Shown here piece by piece: positions 1 through 6,943 of a DNA stretch of 43,047 nt. How positions within the stretch are numbered: position 1 is the stretch's first letter; each line of letters starts with the position of its first letter. The stretch is taken from positions 1 to 43,047 of the forward strand of contig JBBKXV010000268.1 in NCBI GenBank assembly GCA_037969665.1. The letters are read 5' to 3'. Below the pieces are notes generated by a model that saw only the letters and a program-made list of their open reading frames with translations, was not told the DNA's origin and made no database searches. Made by a program: the position numbers and the translations under genes. This DNA is from Candidatus Altimarinota bacterium (GTDB taxonomy: Bacteria > Patescibacteriota > Gracilibacteria > 1-14-2-50-48-13).

Positions 1-20
1 TATGTATATTTATGTATATT
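1..20. repeat. Terminal direct repeat, left copy (identical to 43028..43047); circular-closure or DTR signature
   Basis: TATGTATATTTATGTATATT is present at both window ends. It is itself two copies of the 10-nt unit TATGTATATT, followed by a degenerate third copy TATAGTATTA (21..30). Confidence 0.8.
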
Positions 21-37
21 TATAGTATTAAGGAGTC

Positions 38-51
38 ATATTTATAAATAT
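38..51. repeat. 14-bp perfect palindrome ATATTTATAAATAT
   Basis: Self-complementary when read directly. The same core recurs at 94..107. Confidence 0.8.
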
Positions 52-92
52 TACCTTCATATATATAAATATACTCTATGTATGTGTGTATA

Positions 93-108
93 TATATTTA
101 TAAATATA
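93..108. repeat. 16-bp perfect palindrome TATATTTATAAATATA
   Basis: Self-complementary. It contains the same 14-bp core as 38..51, 56 bp away. Confidence 0.8.
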
Positions 109-133
109 GGGGTGCGATCAGTAAAAATACAAT

Positions 134-227
134 GCATCTGTATATTGTGAGTATGGTGAGGGTATAACATACGTAAAAACAGCGTTCTGTTGGGCATCTG
201 GTGCATTTGTTGAGTATGTAGGGTATA
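134..227. repeat. Two ~33-bp direct repeats spaced 60 bp apart (GCATCTG ... TGAGTATG(G)T(GA)GGGTATA)
   Basis: GCATCTG at 134..140 and 194..200. TGAGTATGGTGAGGGTATA at 148..166 versus TGAGTATGTAGGGTATA at 211..227. The minus strand reads TATACCCTCACC and TATACCCTAC. Confidence 0.65.
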
Positions 228-282
228 TTTTACCGTCAAGGATATGCGGGCGCGTTACAACGTAAATAATCGCGTTATGGGA

Positions 283-315
283 AAACAAAAAAATACCACT
301 CTTTTACAAGTGGCA
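283..315 (-). terminator. Rho-independent terminator closing leftward operon 1
   Basis: Minus strand reads GCCACTtgtaaaAGTGGT followed by ATTTTTTTGTTTTC, about 20 nt after the stop of the 334..1197 gene. Confidence 0.7.
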
Positions 316-333
316 TCTCTTTTGGGTCTGGTC

Positions 334-1197
334 TTATTCCTTCGCGGGTTCTGTCGCAATGGTCTTACTGTACTTCGGCACAAGTTTTTTCAGTATGCCT
401 TTCCTTCGTAGTATATCGAGTACAAATATCTGCACTTGCATATCAAAAAGGTTTTTCGCGTTGTGTAGGACTATGGAAAGGAATCGTGCATGTTCCTCGC
501 TATCTTTTGCTCCCTCCTTGCCCATAGCTAGTTCCATTATTTTACTGAGTTTTTCAGCAATATTCCCATTCTGTAAGTCTTCTATTTTTATGCCTCCTGT
601 TTTTTCATCGAGTTTTTTATCTATTGTTTCATGGAATTGTTTATAATGGTTCGATCCCATTATCGCTTCACTTGCGGTGCGTATAAGCGCCTGTTGTGCG
701 TTGTCGTAGGGCATAAAATCCTGTAATGCATTGACTTCTGGTTCAAATATAGCGAGTTCAAAACATGTCTGCATAATGTACTCGTGGATGTCTTCTGGTG
801 CTTTTTCTTTGAGTACGCCACTCGTAAATATTGAAGAGTTTTCAATGTAGTGCATCACCTCTTTAAGGTCTGCATATTGTCCTTTCGTATAAACTCGCTG
901 GTCTTTATACGGTAAAATATATTTTGCTACATGCTTACATGCTTTGAGTATCTCGGGTTCTAGCTTGTCCACAATTAAGCGCGTTTGGCTCTCAAGGTCT
1001 TTCAGTGAGTCTATACCTAGCTTTCTATCATGGGCATTGAGTTCGGTGCATTCCTGAAGGATGAAGGCTCGGAAAGGATATTTTTTCGGGTCTATGGTAA
1101 AAAAATTGTTTATATTACTCGTAAGGTGTAGCGCTTTTTGCGCTTCTGCCTCTTGGGCTTCTACGAGTTTTTTGAGTGATAATTCTGGTGTTTTCAT
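334..1197 (-). CDS. Hypothetical protein (287 aa), last gene of leftward operon 1
   Basis: Long ATG-initiated ORF packed tightly behind upstream genes and followed by a terminator. No motif recognised. Confidence 0.7.
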   Translation of the reverse strand: MKTPELSLKKLVEAQEAEAQKALHLTSNINNFFTIDPKKYPFRAFILQECTELNAHDRKLGIDSLKDLESQTRLIVDKLEPEILKACKHVAKYILPYKDQRVYTKGQYADLKEVMHYIENSSIFTSGVLKEKAPEDIHEYIMQTCFELAIFEPEVNALQDFMPYDNAQQALIRTASEAIMGSNHYKQFHETIDKKLDEKTGGIKIEDLQNGNIAEKLSKIMELAMGKEGAKDSEEHARFLSIVLHNAKNLFDMQVQIFVLDILRRKGILKKLVPKYSKTIATEPAKE

Positions 1198-1204
1198 AGG
1201 GTTT

Positions 1205-1285
1205 TTATAATAAAACAGTGAGTAAAATTAAGGATACGATCATAGTGATATAGGCAATTCTTTTTTTCTTAATGGTGTCCTTCAT
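1205..1285 (-). CDS. Candidate 26-aa membrane micro-protein (MKDTIKKKRIAYITMIVSLILLTVLL)
   Basis: Hand-translated ORF below the 60-aa track cutoff: basic N-terminus plus one hydrophobic helix. It fills the vWA-to-next-gene gap, with its stop 7 nt before the next ATG. Upstream is the C-rich leader TTTTACCCACCACCACGT seen before other leftward genes. Confidence 0.3.
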   Translation of the reverse strand: MKDTIKKKRIAYITMIVSLILLTVLL

Positions 1286-1303
1286 ACGTGGTGGTGGGTA
1301 AAA

Positions 1304-2350
1304 TTATCGACGTTTACTGAGGCTCTTTGAAAGGGCTTTTGATAGGTTTTTCAAGAGTGAGGCGCTTAAGTTTTTAGCATCTACGGTAAAGCCTTTTTTG
1401 TACAATTCTACGGGTAGACACGTATCTATACCTACGGCAAAAAACTGACAATTCCCTTTTCCCTCTAGTAGGTTGATAAGGTGCAAGGCGCTTTCCCGCG
1501 ATCCTGTTTTCGGTGCTTTTTTCCCATTGATATAGCAGTCCATGTGGTCTGATAAGTCGCCAAAATCCACTTCCCCGTCACCTAGGTGCAATATGATGTG
1601 GTCTGCATCTGGATTCGCTCGTACATTCATAGCGGTGTACGCTAGTATGGTACTATCGTCGTTTTCCATCATTATCTTATTCTGGTATACACGTCGATAA
1701 TCGCCTCCCTTGTACTCTTTACCCTGTCGTTTGCATAGCGCCTTTATGGTGTCACGTGCCTCGGAATCGGTTGAGTGAGTTGCTACATACATACGCTCGC
1801 GCCCGCCTTGTATCGGTTCATGGTGATAAATACAATAGTCATTACCCGCCTTGTAAATCGTGTATTTTATGCTGTTATATTCCTGTTGCACGTCGCTCAT
1901 GGTTTTCGGCATGGGTTTATTCATAATCCTTTTCAGTGCATCACCTGCATAAGGCGCGATTGGTTCACCATAAAACGTCAAGTTGATAGTCGTAAAATCA
2001 TGGAAAAGTGCATACAATTCACGTATTGCAAGCCATGTAAGGGTCTCGCGTGTCACGTACATTCCATTTTCATCGCGATATATTTCGTTTTCCATAGATC
2101 CTGACGTATCCATATTGATATGTATCATGTACTCTTTACCCCTTGCGTTGTCGGTTCTGGTGAAGAGTCTTTTGCTTGTTTTGTATTCGCTGCATCTATT
2201 TGTATCTAGTAGCCCCCGCCTGTCGAGCGAGGGTCTATAAAATAAGTTGTCTTTGAGTTGTGCAAGTACCTTTTTGCGAAGGTGGATATTTGTATGCTGG
2301 TCTATCATGGTGATTATTTCGTGAGTAGGTCGGAAAGTTGTTTTTTGCAC
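1304..2350 (-). CDS. von Willebrand factor A (vWA) domain protein, CobT-like partner of the AAA+ ATPase
   Basis: MIDAS motif D-x-S-x-S in INMDTSGSM. It sits immediately downstream of the MoxR-like ATPase. The alternative ATG at 2308 would remove the 37-nt overlap. Confidence 0.75.
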   Translation of the reverse strand: MQKTTFRPTHEIITMIDQHTNIHLRKKVLAQLKDNLFYRPSLDRRGLLDTNRCSEYKTSKRLFTRTDNARGKEYMIHINMDTSGSMENEIYRDENGMYVTRETLTWLAIRELYALFHDFTTINLTFYGEPIAPYAGDALKRIMNKPMPKTMSDVQQEYNSIKYTIYKAGNDYCIYHHEPIQGGRERMYVATHSTDSEARDTIKALCKRQGKEYKGGDYRRVYQNKIMMENDDSTILAYTAMNVRANPDADHIILHLGDGEVDFGDLSDHMDCYINGKKAPKTGSRESALHLINLLEGKGNCQFFAVGIDTCLPVELYKKGFTVDAKNLSASLLKNLSKALSKSLSKRR

Positions 2351-3675
2351 TTCTCAAGTTCCTCTAGGTATGTACGTATTTTATCAATATCCTGTTTGAG
2401 ACTTTCAAGGTGTGAGGTTGTCACTTTTTCAATCTCTTTAGGTATGGACTTCGTGACGGTTGCCCCTATGTCCTTGGTTGCCTGTACATGGTTTTTTGCG
2501 GTCTCGTATAAAGCATGGGTCTCAAATTGTCTGCTATACGATTCAAAACTTGTCGCTACTTCTCGGATACAGTTCAAGACAAGTTCTCGCTCCTCTTCAT
2601 CGAGTATCTTTTGCGTAAATCCCGCGCGTACGCTTTCGGTGAGGGGTAAGTCTGCATTGACTAGCGCGCTGATATGGTCGATATCTCGTAGGCTCGGGCA
2701 ATACGTTATAGACCCGTCTATAAACTTCGGTAAGGTCTTTTTAATGATTTCAAAAAGATACGGTAGGTATATCTCTGCTTTTGGGTATCTCTCGGAAAAA
2801 CTTTGCGCTATATGTTCCATGTCGGGCATCCCTACGTCTAAGGCGCAAAATCGTGAAAGTGTCGCGGTGTTATAGTCCTTCAATCCCGCGTAGCTCGGGG
2901 GGTTGGATGTCGCAAAAAGCATAAACTCCTTATGTGGATGTATGGTTTCTACTATCCCGCTTTCCGTTGCTTTTTCGGTAAGAGTAAGAGATCCAAAACG
3001 GTGATTATTTACTTCAATGACCGCCTGTATAGTGAGTAATACGTCTGCATGGGCTGCGTTTATTTCATCCAGTAGTATCCAGTGCCCCTCTCTCATGGCA
3101 ATCGTGAGTAGACCGTCTTGCCAAACGGTTGTACCGTCTATAAGCACGTAGCGCCCTACTAAGTCTTCTCGCCCTGTTTGCCCATTGAGGTTGATACGAA
3201 AAAGGGTCTTCTTATTCCTCTTCGCAACCTCTCGGATAAGAGTCGTTTTTCCTGTTCCTGTATGTCCATAGATTAAAGCGGGTCGCGTTGCATTTTTACA
3301 TGCCTCTAAGAAGTTAATCTGGTCTTGTGGTATCTGGATGTTTTCCATTGCTTCGGGTTCCTCCTCTTGAGTCTGGTCTTGCTTGTCCTCCTCTTGGTCT
3401 TCTGGTGCATCGCCTTTTTTGCCCTTCTCGCTGTCTTTACCTGTAGTTTCCTCTTGCTTGTCTGCCTCTTGTGGGTCGGTTTTCTTTTTCTCTTGTTCAT
3501 CCTTGGTGGATTCCTTTTTCTTTTTGTCTGTCTCTTGGTCGTTCTTATTTGGCGCGCCTTCGTAGTCGGTTGTGGTGGTGGTGCCCTCCTCGGTCGTAGC
3601 CATTGAGGCAAGCGCGTTATTTTTTGCGGTGGTCTTTGATACTTCTAAGGTCTCGGAAAGTGTTGTAGCTTTCAT
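2314..3675 (-). CDS. AAA+ ATPase of the MoxR/CobS (AAA_5-like) type with a ~120-aa charged low-complexity N-terminal extension
   Basis: Walker A YGHTGTGKTT and Walker B WILLDEINAA. The N-terminus is rich in K/E/D/T/Q. Paired with a vWA gene. Confidence 0.85.
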   Translation of the reverse strand: MKATTLSETLEVSKTTAKNNALASMATTEEGTTTTTDYEGAPNKNDQETDKKKKESTKDEQEKKKTDPQEADKQEETTGKDSEKGKKGDAPEDQEEDKQDQTQEEEPEAMENIQIPQDQINFLEACKNATRPALIYGHTGTGKTTLIREVAKRNKKTLFRINLNGQTGREDLVGRYVLIDGTTVWQDGLLTIAMREGHWILLDEINAAHADVLLTIQAVIEVNNHRFGSLTLTEKATESGIVETIHPHKEFMLFATSNPPSYAGLKDYNTATLSRFCALDVGMPDMEHIAQSFSERYPKAEIYLPYLFEIIKKTLPKFIDGSITYCPSLRDIDHISALVNADLPLTESVRAGFTQKILDEEERELVLNCIREVATSFESYSRQFETHALYETAKNHVQATKDIGATVTKSIPKEIEKVTTSHLESLKQDIDKIRTYLEELEKCKKQLSDLLTK

Positions 3676-3703
3676 AATAAAAATGGTGTAGGGTAAAAAA
3701 TAT

Positions 3704-4429
3704 TTATAATGATAATTCTGGCATCTGTATAAGGTTCATCTGCGCTTTTGCCTCTTGGATATGGTCAAGAATTATCGCGATCCTTTCATCTAGTAACGCG
3801 GTGCTGTCAATCGTGTATGTAGGTTTTTTATCCATGTGTGCCTTTTGTAGGTACACTTGCGTTTCGTTGAGTACATTCGCAATCCAACGTGTATTAGCAA
3901 AAAGGTCGTAGGACTCTTTCATAGCTTTATGGGCAAGCTCGGACTCCTTGAGGTTTACAAACTTTATGTCCATACTTTTTTCCCATGGGATAGGCGCAAG
4001 TAGTACATAGCTCTCGTGGGTTCGTGTGGTACGTTGTAAAAAATAGCGCATAGTGTTGTACTGGATAACTTGCCCATGGTATAGGTCTCTCGTGTTCCTG
4101 TTTATTGGGCGTGATATATTGAATGTCTTATATCCACTTTCCATGTCGGGGGCTTCATGTTGCGTCATATAGTGCGTTCCTATATGGGTACCGTAGGTGA
4201 AAAAGTTGATAATAGTTGTGTGTAATTTCATGCCCTCGTGGCGGGGTAGCGCGGTGATTTCAGCCTGTAAGGGGCTATTTTTTGAGGTTCGCAAGTATAC
4301 GGTGCGCCTGTAATATGTGGGCTCTGGATCTGGTGCATCCCATACGGAAAACAAGAAGTGTTCAAAATCCGTGCGGGTCTTGCATACTTTACTTCGTATC
4401 TGGTGCGGTTTTTTTTGTACTCTTGGCAT
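3704..4429 (-). CDS. Hypothetical protein (241 aa), directly upstream of the ATPase-vWA pair
   Basis: Long ATG ORF in operon context. No motif recognised. Confidence 0.65.
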   Translation of the reverse strand: MPRVQKKPHQIRSKVCKTRTDFEHFLFSVWDAPDPEPTYYRRTVYLRTSKNSPLQAEITALPRHEGMKLHTTIINFFTYGTHIGTHYMTQHEAPDMESGYKTFNISRPINRNTRDLYHGQVIQYNTMRYFLQRTTRTHESYVLLAPIPWEKSMDIKFVNLKESELAHKAMKESYDLFANTRWIANVLNETQVYLQKAHMDKKPTYTIDSTALLDERIAIILDHIQEAKAQMNLIQMPELSL

Positions 4430-4634
4430 ACAATGGCGGGAAAAATAAGGTAAAAATGGATATATCGAGCGCCTCGGCTATGGTGCATAAGGTTTCTAAC
4501 TTAAAGCGTTTGCCTTGCTCGGTTCTGGATATGGTCATTCGGTTGAGTCCTGTAAGGCGGGCTAGCTCAAACGTGGTCATGTGGTCGCCTTTGGACTCTC
4601 GGTGTTTGCGTATATTTGCGCCTATAAAGCGCAT
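4389..4634 (-). CDS. XRE/Cro-like helix-turn-helix transcriptional regulator (81 aa)
   Basis: MRFIGANIRKHRESKGDHMTTFELARLTGLNRMTISRTEQGKR fits the XRE-family HTH pattern. I chose the internal ATG at 4634, because the track ORF extends to 4796 and overlaps the upstream gene. Confidence 0.75.
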   Translation of the reverse strand: MRFIGANIRKHRESKGDHMTTFELARLTGLNRMTISRTEQGKRFKLETLCTIAEALDISIFTLFFPPLYAKSTKKTAPDTK

Positions 4635-4656
4635 GACATAGCTCGGTGTATTAGTT

Positions 4657-4689
4657 GCCCTAGGTACCCTTGCGGGCGCTCCTAGGGGC
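4657..4689. promoter_or_regulatory. Inverted repeat with two CCTAGG palindromes (candidate operator) just upstream of the HTH gene
   Basis: GCCCTAGG (4657..4664), a 16-nt spacer containing GCGGGCGC, then CCTAGGGGC (4681..4689). Confidence 0.4.
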
Positions 4690-4704
4690 TGTTTCTTGCT
4701 GTTT

Positions 4705-4989
4705 TTATCTTGCTTGCTGGTTGTCTGCATGAAGGGCGGTAAGTAATTCAGTAAAATTGACGTTTCTTGCCTCAATATCTCGCTCATTAAATCCAAATAC
4801 CATAAAGAAACGTTGAGATAATTCTCGCTGGTTCAAGGAGTCTTTAAGAAAATGATATATGCCCTCGTCCTCGCTGCAAAAATTATACGCGTTCCATGTG
4901 TCGTGGTTTGTCCACCCGTTGTACTCGTCCATGTCTGGATAGGTATCAAGCGCAAGGTTTTCTAGTGTGTTGGCGGTCTGTTCAGTCAT
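4705..4989 (-). CDS. Hypothetical protein (94 aa) with a W-x-N-x-D-T-W-N motif
   Basis: The track ORF starts at a TTG at 5022. The ATG at 4989 (MTEQTANTL) is preceded by the conserved CTACTTATTACAACCCCT leader. Confidence 0.6.
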   Translation of the reverse strand: MTEQTANTLENLALDTYPDMDEYNGWTNHDTWNAYNFCSEDEGIYHFLKDSLNQRELSQRFFMVFGFNERDIEARNVNFTELLTALHADNQQAR

Positions 4990-5030
4990 AGGGGTTGTAA
5001 TAAGTAGGGGTATAGTTTTCAAACATGGTT

Positions 5031-5516
5031 CTAGTCAAGGTCTTTCAGGATTCCTTCAAGTACAGAGCGCAATTTTTTCATAGGGTCAAGTGCGGTGGTC
5101 GCCTCTTCGATTCTCTGCTCCTCGTCATGCTCGTTGTCGTAGGTAAATGTAGGGGGCATAAACTTACCATTCTGCATTGCCTTCTTAATCCTGTCCATGG
5201 TGCGCTTGCGTAGTGTGCGTATGTCCTCGATACGTTCATCCGATCCCTCGCCTTCGCCTAGGTAAAAGCTACATAAGCGATTGCCTAGGGCTGTTAGAGT
5301 GTCGTTTTTGCTTAGGGCTTCAATGTGTGGTGACAAGAGATTGTCATTCTCACCCTGTAATGCCATTACTTGCATATCTGTAGCTACTTGGGCAGTGAGG
5401 ATTAGATCAAGCATATCGCGTAGCTCGTTATAGCTCATGCGTTCCATGGTGGTATCTGGATGGTTTTGCGGGTACGCCTTTTTATTTTGTGCATGGGTTC
5501 TTTTTGCTGTTTTCAT
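5031..5516 (-). CDS. Hypothetical protein (161 aa)
   Basis: ATG ORF preceded by CTACTTATTACAACCCT, a 16-nt match to the leader of the next gene. Confidence 0.7.
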   Translation of the reverse strand: MKTAKRTHAQNKKAYPQNHPDTTMERMSYNELRDMLDLILTAQVATDMQVMALQGENDNLLSPHIEALSKNDTLTALGNRLCSFYLGEGEGSDERIEDIRTLRKRTMDRIKKAMQNGKFMPPTFTYDNEHDEEQRIEEATTALDPMKKLRSVLEGILKDLD

Positions 5517-5543
5517 AGGGTTGTAATAAGTAGTTGGAAAAAA

Positions 5544-5951
5544 TTATAGTGACGCTTTGAGTGTCTGGATTGCTACACGTGATGCAGATTCTAGATCCTC
5601 TATTTGTTTGCTTTGTATGATTCTACACCGTTGTAGTGATGCATTGTTTTTCTGTAGGTCTTTTATTTGTTCATCTTGGGCCTTGATGGTCTTTTTTTGC
5701 CTCTGGATGCAATCATAAAACCTTTCATTTGTAGCGCGTAGCCCGTCACAAGTACAAGCCTCTGGATTAGGTTGTATAAGCGTTGCAAGCTGTTCCAGGA
5801 GGCAATCAGCTTTATTTGGCAAGTCTCTTGTATCCTTGAGGGTTGCAAGTTGTTCTCGTAGCTTGGTAATGATGCGCGCTTGCGCCTCAATACGTTGTCT
5901 TTGGGTATCAATGGCGCTTTCGTACATGTCGGAATTGTTTCTAAAAATCAT
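5544..5951 (-). CDS. Hypothetical coiled-coil protein (135 aa from the internal ATG)
   Basis: The C-terminal 125 aa is heptad-like and charged. The track N-terminal 67 aa is S/P/F/Y-rich and improbable. An ACCCCTAC element lies 18 nt upstream of the ATG at 5951. Confidence 0.5.
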   Translation of the reverse strand: MIFRNNSDMYESAIDTQRQRIEAQARIITKLREQLATLKDTRDLPNKADCLLEQLATLIQPNPEACTCDGLRATNERFYDCIQRQKKTIKAQDEQIKDLQKNNASLQRCRIIQSKQIEDLESASRVAIQTLKASL

Positions 5952-6097
5952 AGCAGGGAAAGGAAAAAAGTAGGGGTTGTTTAATTGATTATTGTAAGGA
6001 CTAGCCAAGCAATGAAGAGTAGCTTCAGGGGCATAGGGACAAGAATACAAGCCACTAGAAGAAGGAAAAGAAAAGGCATAAGAAAGGGGTTCAAGTA

Positions 6098-6280
6098 TTA
6101 AAGATAGTGTCCATTTTGGGATAGTCGTATTTGCATGGCAAAAGCTATACATACAATGACTAAACTCGTTAGCGGGTACTCGTGCAATCGTATTCCATAG
6201 CCATAAACAAACAGGGGCAAGGATATATAGACAACGTGCAGGGCATCTTTCAAATAGGATATAAAGGGTTCTAGGTTCAT
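6098..6280 (-). CDS. Candidate small two-helix membrane protein (60 aa)
   Basis: Two hydrophobic stretches. The ATG is preceded by the C-rich CTCTTGACCCC. Short and unsupported otherwise. Confidence 0.35.
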   Translation of the reverse strand: MNLEPFISYLKDALHVVYISLPLFVYGYGIRLHEYPLTSLVIVCIAFAMQIRLSQNGHYL

Positions 6281-6389
6281 GGGGTCAAGAGTTAGCTATA
6301 GATAGAGTATCGAAGGTGCGCGCGGGCGCGTGACTCGATCAGGGCGGAATAGTAGTAATCATAAGCATAAGGATTAAGCGATTAAGCAA

Positions 6390-6770
6390 TTAAGCTATAG
6401 AATCTGGATTGAGTAGCGTACATAATAGGAAAGACCCAAAACGGATTAACGTTGTATAAAACAATATGTCAGCCATAAACAAAGCACCACCTACGAAGCC
6501 CGCGCCTGCTACAGGAGCAGCTACAAGCAAGGCAATTGAGATAAGCATTGCAAGTAGTACAAGTGGTACAAGTACACTTGTAACAATACAAGCGACTGTA
6601 TTTGTAATGCTTGCAGTTGCTAGCGTAATAGCGTGGACATCCTTTTTAATTGCTTGGAATTGGTCGCTCTCAAGTACATTAACTACAGTCTCTTGGACTG
6701 TCTCAAAAGCGCCAGTCACTGTATCAAGTGCGCTAGTAAATACGTTGGAAACGTTTGCAAATGCTGTCAT
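6390..6770 (-). CDS. Membrane protein (126 aa), first gene of leftward operon 1
   Basis: The C-terminal half has 2-3 hydrophobic helices (VLVPLVLLAMLISIALLVAAPVAGAGFVGGALF...). The internal ATG at 6770 is preceded by TATATTACCCCTCTCACC. Confidence 0.55.
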   Translation of the reverse strand: MTAFANVSNVFTSALDTVTGAFETVQETVVNVLESDQFQAIKKDVHAITLATASITNTVACIVTSVLVPLVLLAMLISIALLVAAPVAGAGFVGGALFMADILFYTTLIRFGSFLLCTLLNPDSIA

Positions 6771-6943
6771 GGTGAGAGGGGTAATATAGTAGGTTGTTCT
6801 CTCTCTTGGAACATCTTTATTATACCGAAACTGTAGCACAATACAAGTATAATACTATCATTAAGGTTGCAATATTAAAGGTTTATTGCTTCAGTATGTA
6901 GTATAAGCCCTGAGCCCTATAATATATAATATTACATGCATCC
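6771..6943. promoter_or_regulatory. Divergent control region between leftward operon 1 and the rightward late operon
   Basis: AT-rich. TATAAT hexamers on the plus strand at 6848, 6918 and 6925. On the minus strand, TATAAT (6824..6819) has TTGTAT 16 nt upstream (6846..6841). Confidence 0.4.

Noticed and set aside
57-239. 60-aa minus-strand ORF in the AT-rich terminal region
   Set aside because: It has a TTG start and an H/T/Y/I-rich composition produced by the AT-rich repeats. It lies between a terminator and a promoter region, so it is most likely non-coding.
3306-3611. Three ORFs (both strands) over the ATPase N-terminal low-complexity region
   Set aside because: The repetitive K/E/D-coding DNA lacks stops in several frames, so these are artefacts.
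1170-3725. Shared 12-mer TGATAATTCTGG near 1180 and 3711 (both encode PELSL)
   Set aside because: Dozens of 12-mer coincidences are expected in 43 kb, and there is no extended similarity around them.
5952-6152. N-terminal 67-aa extension of the 5544..6152 ORF
   Set aside because: The extension is S/P/F/Y-rich and improbable, and it overlaps another candidate ORF. The internal ATG at 5951 has the upstream ACCCCTAC element.
334-6770. Impression that the left arm is richer in CpG and GC than operon 2 (possible mosaic origin)
   Set aside because: I cannot quantify this by eye. It needs windowed GC, dinucleotide and codon-usage computation before any claim.
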